NCBI RefSeq assembly: GCF_026210795.1
Contig: NC_089433.1
Location: forward strand, 4,836,001-4,900,000
Source of the DNA: Rhizophagus irregularis
Taxonomy: Eukaryota
Direction: 5' to 3'
DNA length: 64,000 bases
Shown here: in pieces, positions 27,113-39,867 of the stretch
Numbering within the stretch: the stretch's first letter is position 1
How the letters are laid out: each line of letters starts with the position of its first letter
The notes under the pieces: model-generated
Seen by the model: the letters and a program-made list of their open reading frames with translations, nothing else
What the model was told of the DNA's origin: nothing
Database searches by the model: none
Made by a program: the position numbers and the translations under genes

Positions 27113-27865
27113 GATAAATATTTTTTCTTTTAAAAAAAAAAAAATCTGAATTAGATTATCTACGATGTTACACGACTTCTATATCCAACAGTTTAAATCA
27201 GAGTATCATGGCCTCCAATCCACATTTTAAGATGTTAAAAATTGTTTTTTATCTAATTAGAAAAATTACAAAAAAAAAAATAATACAATGGAACTGATAT
27301 TAGACCCACTTTCTACAAATACAAAGTACATATGCTGCTTTTCAATCTAATAATAATAATTATAATAATTTCCATTATTCTCTATCAATCTATCAAGCCT
27401 GAAGCATACTATATATTATGAACCTACTGATTCATTGACATTAACATAGTAAACACGTTAACACGACGTTTTGCTACTGAACTTTACAACGAATATTATC
27501 TAATTCAAATTTCCAATTTGGTCATGATCGCAACATTTTCAAGAGATAATCAGCTGCAGTAATTCTAATAGCAGTATTCAATCAATTACAAAATTAAGAT
27601 ATATAGTAATAACGATAACAAAATTGTTAAAGAGAATATTGAAGCCATTCAGGATCTAATGATAAAATTATTTTATTACAAACCTATTTGAAAAGACTAT
27701 TTAGCTGTTTGTTTTAATTAATGATAAAAATTAATCCCGAGATAATCAGGTCTATATTAGTAATGGCTAAATGGTTAAATGTTACATCAAAAATTCGTCA
27801 TAGATGACAATCAATAAATATAAAACTTTCTCTCTTCATTTCATCATTCTTTTTTGTTGATTACT

Positions 27866-29558
27866 ATGGCGACTTTTGCAGAAATATTTTCACATAAATC
27901 GACTTCACCAGCTATTATTATTCCAGAGAGTGGGCTAGAACTATCATATAGACAATTATATGAACAAATTAAATCGGTTCAACAACAAATTATTGAGAAA
28001 TGTGATATAAAACCACAAGATGCTATCACTATTGTATTACCAAATTCATTAGAATTTACAATTACTTTTCTAGCGCTTACGTTACTTCGAAATATTGCAG
28101 CACCATTAAATCCAAATTATGCCGAAAATGAATTTAAATTTTATATAGATGATTCAAAAAGTAAAGTAATGATAGTACCAAAAGGTTGGGTAAACCAAAA
28201 TAAACCTGCAGTTCGGGCTGCCAGGGCTTTTAATGCGGTAATTTTTGAAATATCATGGGATAACCATAGTCATCAAATCAATTTGGATATTCATGGAAAT
28301 GCAAAAGGAGGAAATTTTAAAACCCGAGATCCTCATCCCCCTGATGTCGCTCTTTTATTACATACATCAGGAACGACTGGACGACCCAAAGGTGAATTTA
28401 ATTATTAATGGAACTATAAATGTTTGATTTTATATTATTAATAAATAATAAATAAATGAAATTTAGGTGTTCCACTTACGCATCGTAATATTACAACAAC
28501 CATGAATAATATTATCCGAACATATAAATTGGTTCCAAGCGATCGTACCTTGCTAGTAATGCCACTCTTTCATGTTCATGGTTTAATTGGTGGAATGTTA
28601 TCCACTTTATTATCAGGAGGAACGGTAGTAATTCCTCCTAAATTCTCTGCCACCGATTTTTGGAATCACTTTTTACAATACGGATGTACTTGGTACACCG
28701 CCGGTAAGGAAAAAATTATAATATTTTAAAAGGAACTGGAAAAGCATCTAACCTATTCTTTTTATCAAATACCAATCTTAATATAAAGTCCCTACAATTC
28801 ATCAAATTTTATTGCGTCATCCGCCTCCAAGCGGAGGGGCACCTAAATTACGCTTTATCCGTTCATGTTCTTCATCGCTTGCTCCAAGTACCTTAAAGGA
28901 ACTTGAAAAAGTATATAATGCGCCCGTACTGGAAGCGTATGCTATGACTGAAGCAGCTCACCAAATGACCTCAAATCCATTGCCACCTTTGCCTCATAAG
29001 CCTGGTTCAGTCGGTGTAGGTCAGGGAGTTCAAATAGCTATCTTGGATCAAAATGGCAATCCGACTGAGGAGGGCGAAGTGTGTATTAAAGGTGTGAATG
29101 TGACACCAGGATATCTTAATAATCCATCAGCTAATAAATCATCATTTACAAAAGACGGGTGGTTTAGAACAGGTGATCAAGGTAAACTAGATAAAGATGG
29201 ATATTTATATTTAACGGGACGTATTAAAGAATTAATCAATCGTGGTGGAGAAAAAATTTCGCCTTTAGAAATAGATTCAGTTCTTTTATCACATCCTTCG
29301 ATTTCCGAAGCTGTTTCTTTTGCTGTACCTGATGAAATGTATGGACAAGAAGTTCATGCTGCCGTTATTTTGAAGAAGGATCAGCAAACTACTGAAAAAG
29401 AATTACAAGATTATTGTGAAAAAAATCTTGTTAAATTTAAAATACCAAAGAAAATCTATTTTACTGATGTTATGCCTAAAACTGCTACGGGTAAAATCCA
29501 AAGAAAAAATATAAGTGAAACATTCTTTAAACCTGATAAATCAAAAGCAAAATTGTAA
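27866..29558 (+). CDS. PCS60: Peroxisomal acyl-CoA synthetase / oxalate-CoA ligase (Pcs60/AAE3 type); exons 27866-28391, 28467-28703, 28789-29558
   Basis: AMP-binding LHTSGTTGRPKG|VPLTH, PLFHVHG, FIRSCSSSL, EAYAMTEAAHQMTSN, FRTGDQG, PKTATGKIQR. C-terminal AKL is a PTS1 signal. Confidence 0.92.
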
Positions 29559-29701
29559 TTTTATTATTTTCTGATTAAAATGATATTGATTTTATATACT
29601 AATGAATAAAGATAAATATACTATACTGTATTATAATTTAACATTAGCATTAATAAACAGAAAGTTGGCAGAGCATTACAAGTATATCATATAAACGGCT
29701 G

Positions 29702-30381
29702 TTAAGCCGAAAAAAATGCGCTCAATAAATTATCGCGTGCACATTCTTCTTCTACCAATCTTTTGTCGGTTTCAACATTTTCGGTCCATTTGATTAATGT
29801 TGGAATGGATTTTAATTGAATTCTTGGATGAAGCCTATAAGGATTATCAGGTCTGCCCTTATATCTAGATTTATTTATTTATTTTTTTTGAATTTCGGTT
29901 AAAAATAATATTAAATCGGAAACTTTTAATTTTATACCTCATAAATTACTTACTCTTCTCTTGTTCCAACAGGAACTTCAATTAATACGGAATTAACAGG
30001 CGCATCTTCTTCAAGATGTTTACGGATTAAAGGATCAGCTAAGAAAATTATTCAAAATTAATTATGGGCCGAAAAAAAAAGCATTTCTAAATTTACCTTT
30101 TACACAATCTGGACACCACGATTTTCCGGTATCTGGATTTTCAGTACCTTTTTTTATAAAAAGTAAAATATTAGTTATGCCAATAAAGGCATATTTTTAC
30201 AGCAAAAACAAGTGACATGATACAGTTTTAATTTAAAAATATATACACATACATATGCATATATATATATTTTCTTACCGAATAAAAGGACAAAAATGTT
30301 TTGTCCTTTGCGTTCTTGAACAATTTTATTAACAGTTCCGTCAAATTCATCATAAGCCGAAATTCGTATAGTATGAACCAT
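29702..30381 (-). CDS. TXNDC17: Thioredoxin domain-containing protein 17 (TRP14/DUF953), 4 exons
   Basis: Spliced MVHTIRI..FVLLFG..GKSWCPDCVKADPLI..VGTREEYK..NPYR..LKSIPTLIKW..RLVEEEC. WCPDC active site. Stop at 29704-29702. Confidence 0.9.
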
Positions 30382-31223
30382 CTTATTTATTTTTCAAGAA
30401 AAACCCACTAACGTTTTAAATATGAAATGGTGAAATTTTTAAATGACAATGACAAATTATACGGTTAAGTGATTAACAATGAAGTTCCACATAAATTTTA
30501 GTGGAAATACATTACACAAATCTCCAACTTACAACACGCGTTTAAGCCATTATTTACTAAAAAAAAAAGAATTCGCTTTTTTAATTAAAATTCTCTCCTT
30601 ATTTGGAAATCGATAATAGTAGAAATAGGTCACAATGCCTAAAATAATCAAAGTCGGAATTAAGAAGTTTATTTGTTTTACGCGTTTATAATATTTTATC
30701 TGAAGAAAAGTCTTTTAAATGTGTATCTCCTTTTATATTAGCTTTAAATAAAAATTTAGAGAATAGGATAACCCATGTTTCGGACTTTAAGGCAAAAAAA
30801 GACCGGCTAAAGATTGTTCTGAAAGTCTTTGTATAGAGCATCCGGTCTTTATAAGTTATAATAACACATACGAAGAACTTGTTTTAACTCCGCGATCCTA
30901 ATCATCAAACCATCAATGGGAGACAATGACAATAATGACAATGGATTGATCAATAACAAAAGTAAATGACCGGAGTCCGGACTTAATCCAAAGGGTTTCG
31001 TGACACAAATCATAAATGCATTATTCTGACTGCATAATCGTCATAATCGTCATATATAATTACCGTAATTACCGTGAAGTTATCGTCCCTAAAACTTTTA
31101 CAACCTTTATGACGAATGACTTAATAAACATTATAAAAAGTTCTGAAATATCAGTAAATAATTATTCCCTAAAGATCTATGAGCAAGAAATTCAATATTT
31201 CGTTTTAAAACAATTTATATAAT

Positions 31224-34200
31224 ATGGAAATTATTAAAAATAATTTCCACGAACTTTTCCCCATCGTCCAAGAAGCTATTGAAGGAGCCGATTTTATAGC
31301 TATTGACACTGAGTTGACTGGTGCGCAATAAATTAAATAAATTATTAGTTGTCGATAATAATTTATCTTTGTTAAAACGCGACTTTCTTTTATTATAATA
31401 GGCTTGAACGAAAGCATTGAGAGAATAAAAACTTTCGATGATCCACAGTCAAGATATACAAAAGTTCGAATTGCTGCTACAAAAGTATGTGATTTCTCAA
31501 TTTTTTTTTTCGCCTTTATAATATTGAATGGTATATAAGAAATTATAACAGTAAGATTTGTCATATTTTTAGTTTCTTATAATTCAATTCGGGATATGTA
31601 CTTTTACATACTCGGAAGCGGAGAATACTTTTATAGCAAGACCATTCAACTTTTATATATTTCCAGCGAACTCCGATAGGAAGGATTACCATGATATATG
31701 TTTTATGTGTAGTGGATCCAGTTTACATTTTTTATCAAATTGCGGATTTGACTTCAATAAATTAATCGCACAAGGTACGAAATATAAAAACCATCAATTA
31801 TCCATTTATGCGTTGTAATTTGATTTAACAAAATGTAATATTATTACAATTTGTATAATCTTATAATGTAAACTATAAAGGTATACCATTTCTTAATAAA
31901 ACGGATGAAATTAAGCTTATACAAAGAAGAGCTGACATTGCACAAAGGCAAATTGGTAATTAATCGAATTATCCTATCAAATACCTTCGATCATTTAATT
32001 GATATTTATCTCATTTGTAGACAACCCGCTGGATAATGAAACAAAAGCATTCGTAGAAAAAACTATGTAAGTCAATACTTTGACATTCTTTCCAATTAGA
32101 ATCTTTGGATGTGAATTTTCTTACTTTAAATTGGGAAATCAAAACGAAAGGTCAACTATTGATAAATGGCTTTGCGATACGAATGAAGAAAATTTAACAG
32201 TGGAAACTCCTAGTATGAAACAGAAACGTTTGGTCTTTCAGGAATACAGGCAAAGGTTTCGTCATATTCTTAAATAATATACATATTTAATCTTTTTCAG
32301 AGTATTCATTTTTTATTATTAAAATATAGATTCAGTGGTCTCGCGTCGGCAGAGAGCAGACCAAAAAGCGTTTTTTTCTCACGAATGACAGAACAACAAA
32401 AGGAAAAAAAATCAAAGGATGATGCGGCTGATGTATGTTTAATATTAGAATTTTAGATTTTGTGAATCTAATATTTTATCGTTCATTAATTTTAATTATC
32501 ATTTTTTTATTTAGGCTTTGTCTGCTAGCTTAAATTTTCGTAGCATTATTGAACTGTTAGTAACATCTAAAAAACCCATCATTGGTCATAATTGCTTTTT
32601 AGATATGTGCCAGTTGATACATCAATTCTGGGAGGAATTACCTGAAAAATTAAAGATATGGAAAAAGCTCGTAAACGAGTTGTTTGAAGTGTGAGTTGAT
32701 AGATATCAAACAGGATTTTGAAGTTGGAAATTATTGCTAATTTTCTTTCTCTAAATTCTAGCGTTATTGATACCAAACATATAGCAGCTACCCATAGAAG
32801 ATTACAGGTAATTTCAATTCGTAACTAGTATATATAATGGTAGAATAATATATATAATAAAATGCCATATAATATTTAACTTAATATCAGGAGTTGATGC
32901 CTAAAAATGGAGTTCAGGCTATTTTAGATATTGTACAAACACCACCTTTTGAAGAAGATTCCCCGAAAATTGGTTGAAAAAAATTGGCCTTTTTATTTTT
33001 AGTTTATTATTAGATAATATTTTTTTGTTCATTTCGCTAATATCTGTACAATAATTTACAGTCCTAGATCCACAATTCACTCGTTATACACTAAACGATA
33101 TATCGCATAATCATGAGGCTGGATATGATGCATACATTACCGGATACAATTTTATAAGATTAGCAGTATTCTTGTTAAATGAAAAAGGTAAGCTTAAAAC
33201 ATCCTACAAATTTGAAATATTCTCTAATTAATGTAGTAACTTTTGAAAAAAGAGCAAGATGTAGATATATACTCTAACGTTTTCAATGAATTATCGGAAT
33301 ATACTGACGATTCAATGAAGCAGGGACATGAATACATTGATGAAGAAAATACGAATTTGGTTACAAAGTTATTTAAGACCGAGAAATTAACGCGTTTTTA
33401 TAATAAATTACATTTGTTGAGATCTGATTTTAAATATATATGTCTAGATGGCAATGATGGAAGTAAGTGTTCGAGAGAATTTTTAAAAAAAGCATATATT
33501 AGTATTTTATTTTAATTCGTTTAATTATTTTCACATATATAGTCCCGCCTTCTAAATCAAACGGATTTTTGTTATCAAATATTCCTACGTCTTGTTCACA
33601 GGCGATTCTTCATACAATATTTGGTGAGTTTGGCAACATATTCATTCAATGGATTGATGATACTCATTGTTGGCTAATAGTTAAAGATGATAAGAAAGTC
33701 AGAAAAGTTTCTGAAGGTTTATTACGTGATACCAAGTTATTTTCAGACTATATGGAGAATGGGAAAAAATATCAGATAGCTCTGGAAAAGAATATAACAA
33801 AAGAGATAGGAAACATCAAGATACTATCTTGGAATAATTGGATAAGTGCAATAGTGAATGCCGATTCAGAGATTGAAGAGGAACAAGATCAAGAGGATGA
33901 GGATAAAATAGTTAACGGTGAGTCTTGAATTTTTTTTCATTTTAATTTAACCTTTACATGTTTTCATGCTATATCCATTTGTATTTAGATGTAAATGATG
34001 AGCCAAGTAGTACTACAATTGAAGGGATAGAATTTGAATTCGGAAATAAATACGAAACACCTAAAGATGACGATAATTCATGGCCAAACTCGAATGATAA
34101 TAACTCTGATAAATCTGATGAAAATACAGAAGACATTCAGGGTAATTGGGGCATTTCCCCATTAAATGATTCAGACATATCAACTTCAAGTACTAAACGC

Positions 34201-34281
34201 ACGTCGCCACATATTGCAGTAAACGATAATAGCGATGATGCTAGTACAAGTAGTGCTTCTAAGAAGACTAAACTTGGGTAA
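31224..34281 (+). CDS. PARN: Poly(A)-specific ribonuclease PARN (CAF1/DEDD family), ~14 exons
   Basis: MEIIKNNF..ADFIAIDTELTG, FLIIQFGICTF, PFNFYIFP, GFDFNKLI, IGHNCFLD, IDTKH, HEAGYDAYITG, RRM-like FGEFGNIFIQWIDDT, and an acidic tail ending KKTKLG. Confidence 0.92.
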
Positions 34282-35092
34282 GGTTATTTATTGTAAAATA
34301 CAGCCCTTTAAAAAGCTTATTTCAAATAAAAAAAATATATATTTTATTATATTTTTTAATAATACTGACTTAATTCATAAATGTTTATGATGATTTAAAC
34401 CTTTTTGTGAATTTTTCAAAATTCGGGATATATAGAACCTTTGAATATCTACGTTCCCTTTTACCTTTTTCTACCTGACAAACCAAAACTCTTCAAGGTT
34501 ATCCTCCATGGGGATTTATTGTACACACCTTTTAAGAAACAGAGTATTGCTTGCATTATTTTATGTCCAAATTACTTATTTGTATTTACTATTTTAGTAT
34601 TTATAGTATTTATTAGTAGTCTATATATAGTCTATAATAGACTAATATTATTTAATACTTTCAATAAAAATTATGAAATACATATTTTTCGTGAAGCGTT
34701 CCTTTTATGCTTTTTTGATGCTACACAGATCATACATCAAATCGGACCGATCAGCATGCATACATTGATAATCGTAAACTTAACTTAATCATTATGTGAT
34801 GAATTATGAATTGTATGCGCCGTGAAATTTTATTATAAGGTAATAAGATAAAATTTTTACTCATTGATTAAGCAGACAAATTTGTCACTTTTCTGTACTT
34901 TCTGTAATATATATATGTATATTCCGGTTATTATTATTTTTTTTTTTCCTTCTTAAACAAAATACATTTTAATTTTTAGGACGAAAAAGCCGAGAAACGA
35001 TAATCTGTTATTACTCTCAAATAGAAGAAGCGAACATTATTAATATTTGATTAATAATAATTAATTATTTTTTTTTTTAGAAAATTACTTTT

Positions 35093-36614
35093 TTATCGAA
35101 AAACGTCAGTATTCCTAAAACTAGAATTATCTTTCAAAGCATCGTTGTGTGTTTTATATTCCATAATAGTTTCGGAGGGTAAATTCAAAACCCTCTTCAT
35201 GGTATCTCTAAGGAAATAAAAAAAAAGAAAGTTAATTAAAAATAAATCAAAAAAAAAAACTTAACTATCCGAAACAAAACCTTATTTTTAAATTAATTCT
35301 TCCTTCGTGCGCTGACTGATTCCACAGGGACAAGATGTCCTCCGAACTGCGGATGGACAGCACCGCACCGCAAATTTCCGTACCAACATCAAATTGGTCT
35401 CCAATTACCGCCATTACCTATTTCAAGGATTTCATAGTAAGTTAATACAATAATTTAATAATATTATCGAGAAATCAAAATTATATTAGCTTACCAAGCT
35501 CTCCCAATATCGACTTGCCAAACCTTTCTTTAACCTTACAATCCATTTACCTCCATTAATATTTGTATCATCCTATTAAGGAAAAATAAATAATAAATAA
35601 AAATAAAATAAATAAAAACAATTTTATATCTGTTTTTATAAAAAAAGATTATAATTAATTTTAAATCATATAATATCTTTTTATTTTATTTTATTTTTTT
35701 TTTGATTTTAATATGAAAATTTTTTGTCATGATAACTAGATATTTATTAATACAAAAAAAATAAAATAAAATAAACACGAACCTCCCAAACAGGTCTAAC
35801 TCCTTGTTTAAAGAGATGATAATCGCTAATATTAGGTAACTCATGAGGTCTTCGAAGATGACTATAAACCGCCCAGAAATCCTCTATCTAAAAAAAAAAT
35901 TCAAAATACTTAATAAACGATTAATTAAGCAAAAAAAGAACAAAGTAATTGAAGTATAAAAAAAAAATAAAAAAATCCATACTAGATTTCGATAGACTCA
36001 CCGAAGAAAATGCTGCAATCTTTTTCATAGAACTCTCGTAATTTAGTATTTTGCTCCCAGGATTACGATGCATAAACCAGAATACCCAAGTAAAATGCAA
36101 TGGATGAATCTCACTAGTAGGACTCGGTGTGAACTGTTGACGCGTCAATACCAGGCCATTACTATTATTTCCATTTTCTTTTTCTTTATTATCTTTATCT
36201 TCTCCTACACCCGAAATACTCATACGTTTAGCAAGATAACTGCTCCCGCTGCTACTATTACTCAAACCAGAACCCATTCCCAGGGGCGTTGTCGGTGCTA
36301 GAAGAACAGTGGAAGCAGCCATACTGGCAGTAACTCCATTTGGTGAATTTGTGCGTTGAAGTTGGATGAGTTTTGTTGAGGATGTTGAAGTTGGGGTTAT
36401 TGCTGTAGGAGTTGTGGTTGTGGTGGTTGCAGAATTATGGTCAGTGTTAACAGTTAAACGGTTGCTAATTTATAAATTATTAGGAAAGATTTAATTTATA
36501 TTTAGTAATCTATCTCTTTATTAATATATAAAGGAAATCTTTTTTTGATCAGAAATAAAAAAAAAAATCTACTACTAAAATCTCTTTATACCTGCGCTTC
36601 CAAACAGATTCCAT
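35093..36614 (-). CDS. EIF4E2: Class II cap-binding protein eIF4E2 (4EHP/nCBP type), 6 exons
   Basis: HPLHFTWVFW..NYES (Tyr at the W56-equivalent position), EDFW, DYHLFKQGVRPVWED, GGKW, SRYWE, ICGAVLSIR, and C-terminal YKTHND..DNSSFRNT typical of class II. Long S/T-rich N-terminus. Confidence 0.9.
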
Positions 36615-37339
36615 TCCTAATTTTAATTTTTCTATATTACTTTAAAGTTTATTTAAAGGAAAAAGTCAAATTATTCAGAAATGTATTTTGTTAGAAAAAA
36701 AAATAATAATAAATTACAGTTTTTTTAGAGTTGTAAAATTAAGCAAAAAAAAAAAAAAAAATTTCCGAAAAATCAAATTACAATTCAGTCTTTCCATCCA
36801 TCTTCATTCATTATGACCTTTTGCCTCACATTGTGTGAGGTAAGACTAATATTTTATTGGTTGAATTGATTTGGATTATTATACAACATCGCGCGTCATC
36901 ACTTTTTGCACAAACCTTTTGGATTTTATTCATTTGTTGGTTACAAAAGGATCAAAGTGGGATCATCCAAAAATCAAAAAAAAACAAACAGTAAAATTGT
37001 TATAATTCAAGATTTTTTATCCTGACATAATAATTATAATTTATAACCTTATAAACTTTACACTGACCCACATAATTAACTAATTAACTGTGAAAATCTT
37101 TTTATTTAATGAACCGGATTTAAAAATTAATAATATAATGGAAGTTCAACAATTAGATGTGTGTAATCCATTTTAGGAAATTCATCACCGAATTATTTGA
37201 TATTGAATTATCAAATCAGGAACAGATCATAGGGTCTGTGGTATATAACATAAAATTTATCTTCTTTTTATTACACAACTTTTTTCTTCTTTTATAATTT
37301 GCATCCTTGAGTTTGTTTCCATTCGGGCGCTTTTAGTAA

Positions 37340-37916
37340 ATGGCCAGGGGAAAACAAAAGGTATGCAGTCATATTTATTTTTATAATACTTTATTAAGGT
37401 TATAAATAATTATGTACACCTTTCCCTAAACTAAACTTTGTTTATAGGAACAAGCAAGGTGGGTTTAGGTTATTTGCCATAATTTACCTTATTAAGAGTT
37501 CATTAATTAATATTTTCTCATATTTATTAATAACTTATTATTAAATATTTTTTAGAGAAAAGGCTCAGAAACAAGCCGAAAATAGACAAGGAGGTAAATC
37601 TCAATTGGGTGCTCGTGCTGCGGGTTTGCAACTAAAATGTCCCGTTTGTAAAGTAAGAAGTACATTTTAGCAACAAAACATTAAAGTATTTTATTTAAGC
37701 CTATAAAATATATAATTTATAAAATATTTTTTTTTTGATCAGACTCCTGTAGCTAATTATAAAATCATTGTCCAACATATGGAGGTAAATCACACTATAA
37801 AGAAAATTTTACAAAAAAAAAAAAAAAAAATTTTTAATCTTCACCTTTATTTTCTTTTAAACTATTAGGCAAAACATCCTAAAGAAACTATCCCACCTGA
37901 AAAAGATTTTCAATGA
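37340..37916 (+). CDS. Small SERF/ZNF706-like C2H2 zinc-finger protein (72 aa); exons 37340-37360, 37448-37458, 37556-37652, 37743-37784, 37869-37916
   Basis: Spliced MARGKQKEQAREKAQKQAENRQGGKSQLGARAAGLQLKCPVCKTPVANYKIIVQHMEAKHPKETIPPEKDFQ. All introns GT-AG. Absent from the ORF track. Confidence 0.9.
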
Positions 37917-38356
37917 AATCTATATCAGCAGTTGATCATCTTTTACTAACTCATTTTTATAGCTTACTTATTTTAACGAATCCTCCGAGTCTTTCTCTTT
38001 CTTGGAGATCAAAAAAAAAAAAATAATTGTTAGAAAAAAAAATTATTTTGGAATAGGGTGAGACTCGGAGGGTATTTTTTATTTTGAATTTTCTTTTTTT
38101 TTCCTCGTGTAGTAGTACTTTTTTTTTCATGTGAAAAATGATGTAATTATTATTATGTATAATTGTTTATTGTATTTATGTTTTTATCTGATTGATGTTC
38201 TTTACGAAAAAAAATAAAGGTAAAATATTTTAGTTCAAAAGCGAAATTTATTTTAAATATTTTAACTACTATATATAATATATAAAAAAAAAATTAAATG
38301 CTGATATATATAAATATATATAAATAATGATTTATAGCACCGCTTTTAACGAAGTT

Positions 38357-38430
38357 GATTCCTTGGTGTAGTTGGTTATCACGTCAGCCTAACACGCTGA
38401 AGGTCGCCAGTTCGAACCTGGCAGGAATCA
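38357..38430 (+). tRNA. tRNA-Val (anticodon AAC)
   Basis: Acceptor stem GATTCCT/AGGAATC plus discriminator A; D arm GGTGTAGTTGGTTATCAC; anticodon arm TCAGC-CTAACAC-GCTGA; T arm GCCAG-TTCGAAC-CTGGC; T-run terminator downstream. Confidence 0.97.
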
Positions 38431-39867
38431 AAATATTTTTTTTTCTCTTGAAAATTTTTTGAAGTGTAACGTGATAATCATATGTACATCATTTCTGACA
38501 TTTTTGACCAATCGAAAAAGTGCACAGTAATATTTGACTATGTAATTAAATAAGTAGATATTTATAGAATTCATATTTACCAAAAAAAAATGTAATGATT
38601 TAGCCGAGTGATAACCTGATTTTTATTATACAGTATAAACGAATAATTTATATAAACAATTATCACGTGATAGCAATCAAAAAACGAAAACTGGCGCGGG
38701 GCACGGGCTTTTTTAATCGGCGTAAATTTTTCGTTCTGATAAAATTTTGCATATGATAAATTTCATATGAATTACTAATTTTAGAAGTTGGATAATAAAG
38801 AACTCCATACTATGCTACTAAACTCCCTAAGCTCCCTTTGATTCAGTTACACAAGTTTTCCGAATCCATGGAAAAAGGTTGATCGGTCGCGCAGCAATAA
38901 GTTATAAATTTAAAATGTGATACTGACAATCAAAAGATACAGGAATTATCATGTTCGGCTAATTATTGCGACGTTGTACTGAACTTAAAGTTCAATCTTC
39001 CTCTGCAAATTGTAACATTTAAGATTAGATTGCGAAAGAAGTGCTATTGAAACAATGTCTGGTCAGGTACAATGGAAAGCAGATTTTGTCTTACCACCAA
39101 GAGATTTACCCCAAACTCCGAGCCACCCGCCTCAACCGTTTTGAGAAAAAAAAGAATATCACATGATCATTTTCCTAAATTTAAATAAATGCAAATCATT
39201 GTTTTCTATGTTAGTACGAAAACACTCGCCCCGAATCTAAAAAAAAATTTTTTTTTTTCCAATTCTGCCTTAAATTCTTTTCTTCCCTTTTTAATCATAG
39301 CCCCTTTCTTCCTCCCACATATTTCATATTCTTTCGATAATTGTAATTTTATTTCATTATAGAAAAAAAAAATTTTTTTTAATTAAAGATTTGCTTTGTT
39401 TCCCATATAGAGTTATATATTTTTTTTATTTTTCATCGTTTTTTTTTTCTGAAAAGATCTTTATAAACAAAACATAATAAATAAACTTAACGACCATTAT
39501 ATAAATTATTCTATAACATATTTGGATAATTTCTTTGTTTGTACAATAACTCGTAAGTCTTTGGTTTTATATATTTTTTTTTTTCCTTAGCCATATTTTT
39601 TTTCGCTGACCGTTACCCCGCACTCCGGCTATACTTTATAAAGTAACATATAGACATTAAAATAACTAGAGCTATTTTGTACCCAGAAAAAAATTTTTTC
39701 GCCATAAAAAAAAAAACTTCGCCACTTGAGCCGCCACTCATATCTATTGAACAAGCTTCATTTATATCTTATATCCCTTTTTTTTTTCTTTTAGTCTTTA
39801 CTTATTTATAGGATTTAATTGACTCTTACAATAACCTTACAATTCTCAATATTCTCAATAACTATCA

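Noticed and set aside
37914..38072. Selenocysteine read-through (TGA stop plus 3' UTR stem as SECIS)
   Set aside because: The stem lacks the ATGA/GA quartet, and the TGA falls at the normal C-terminus of this family.
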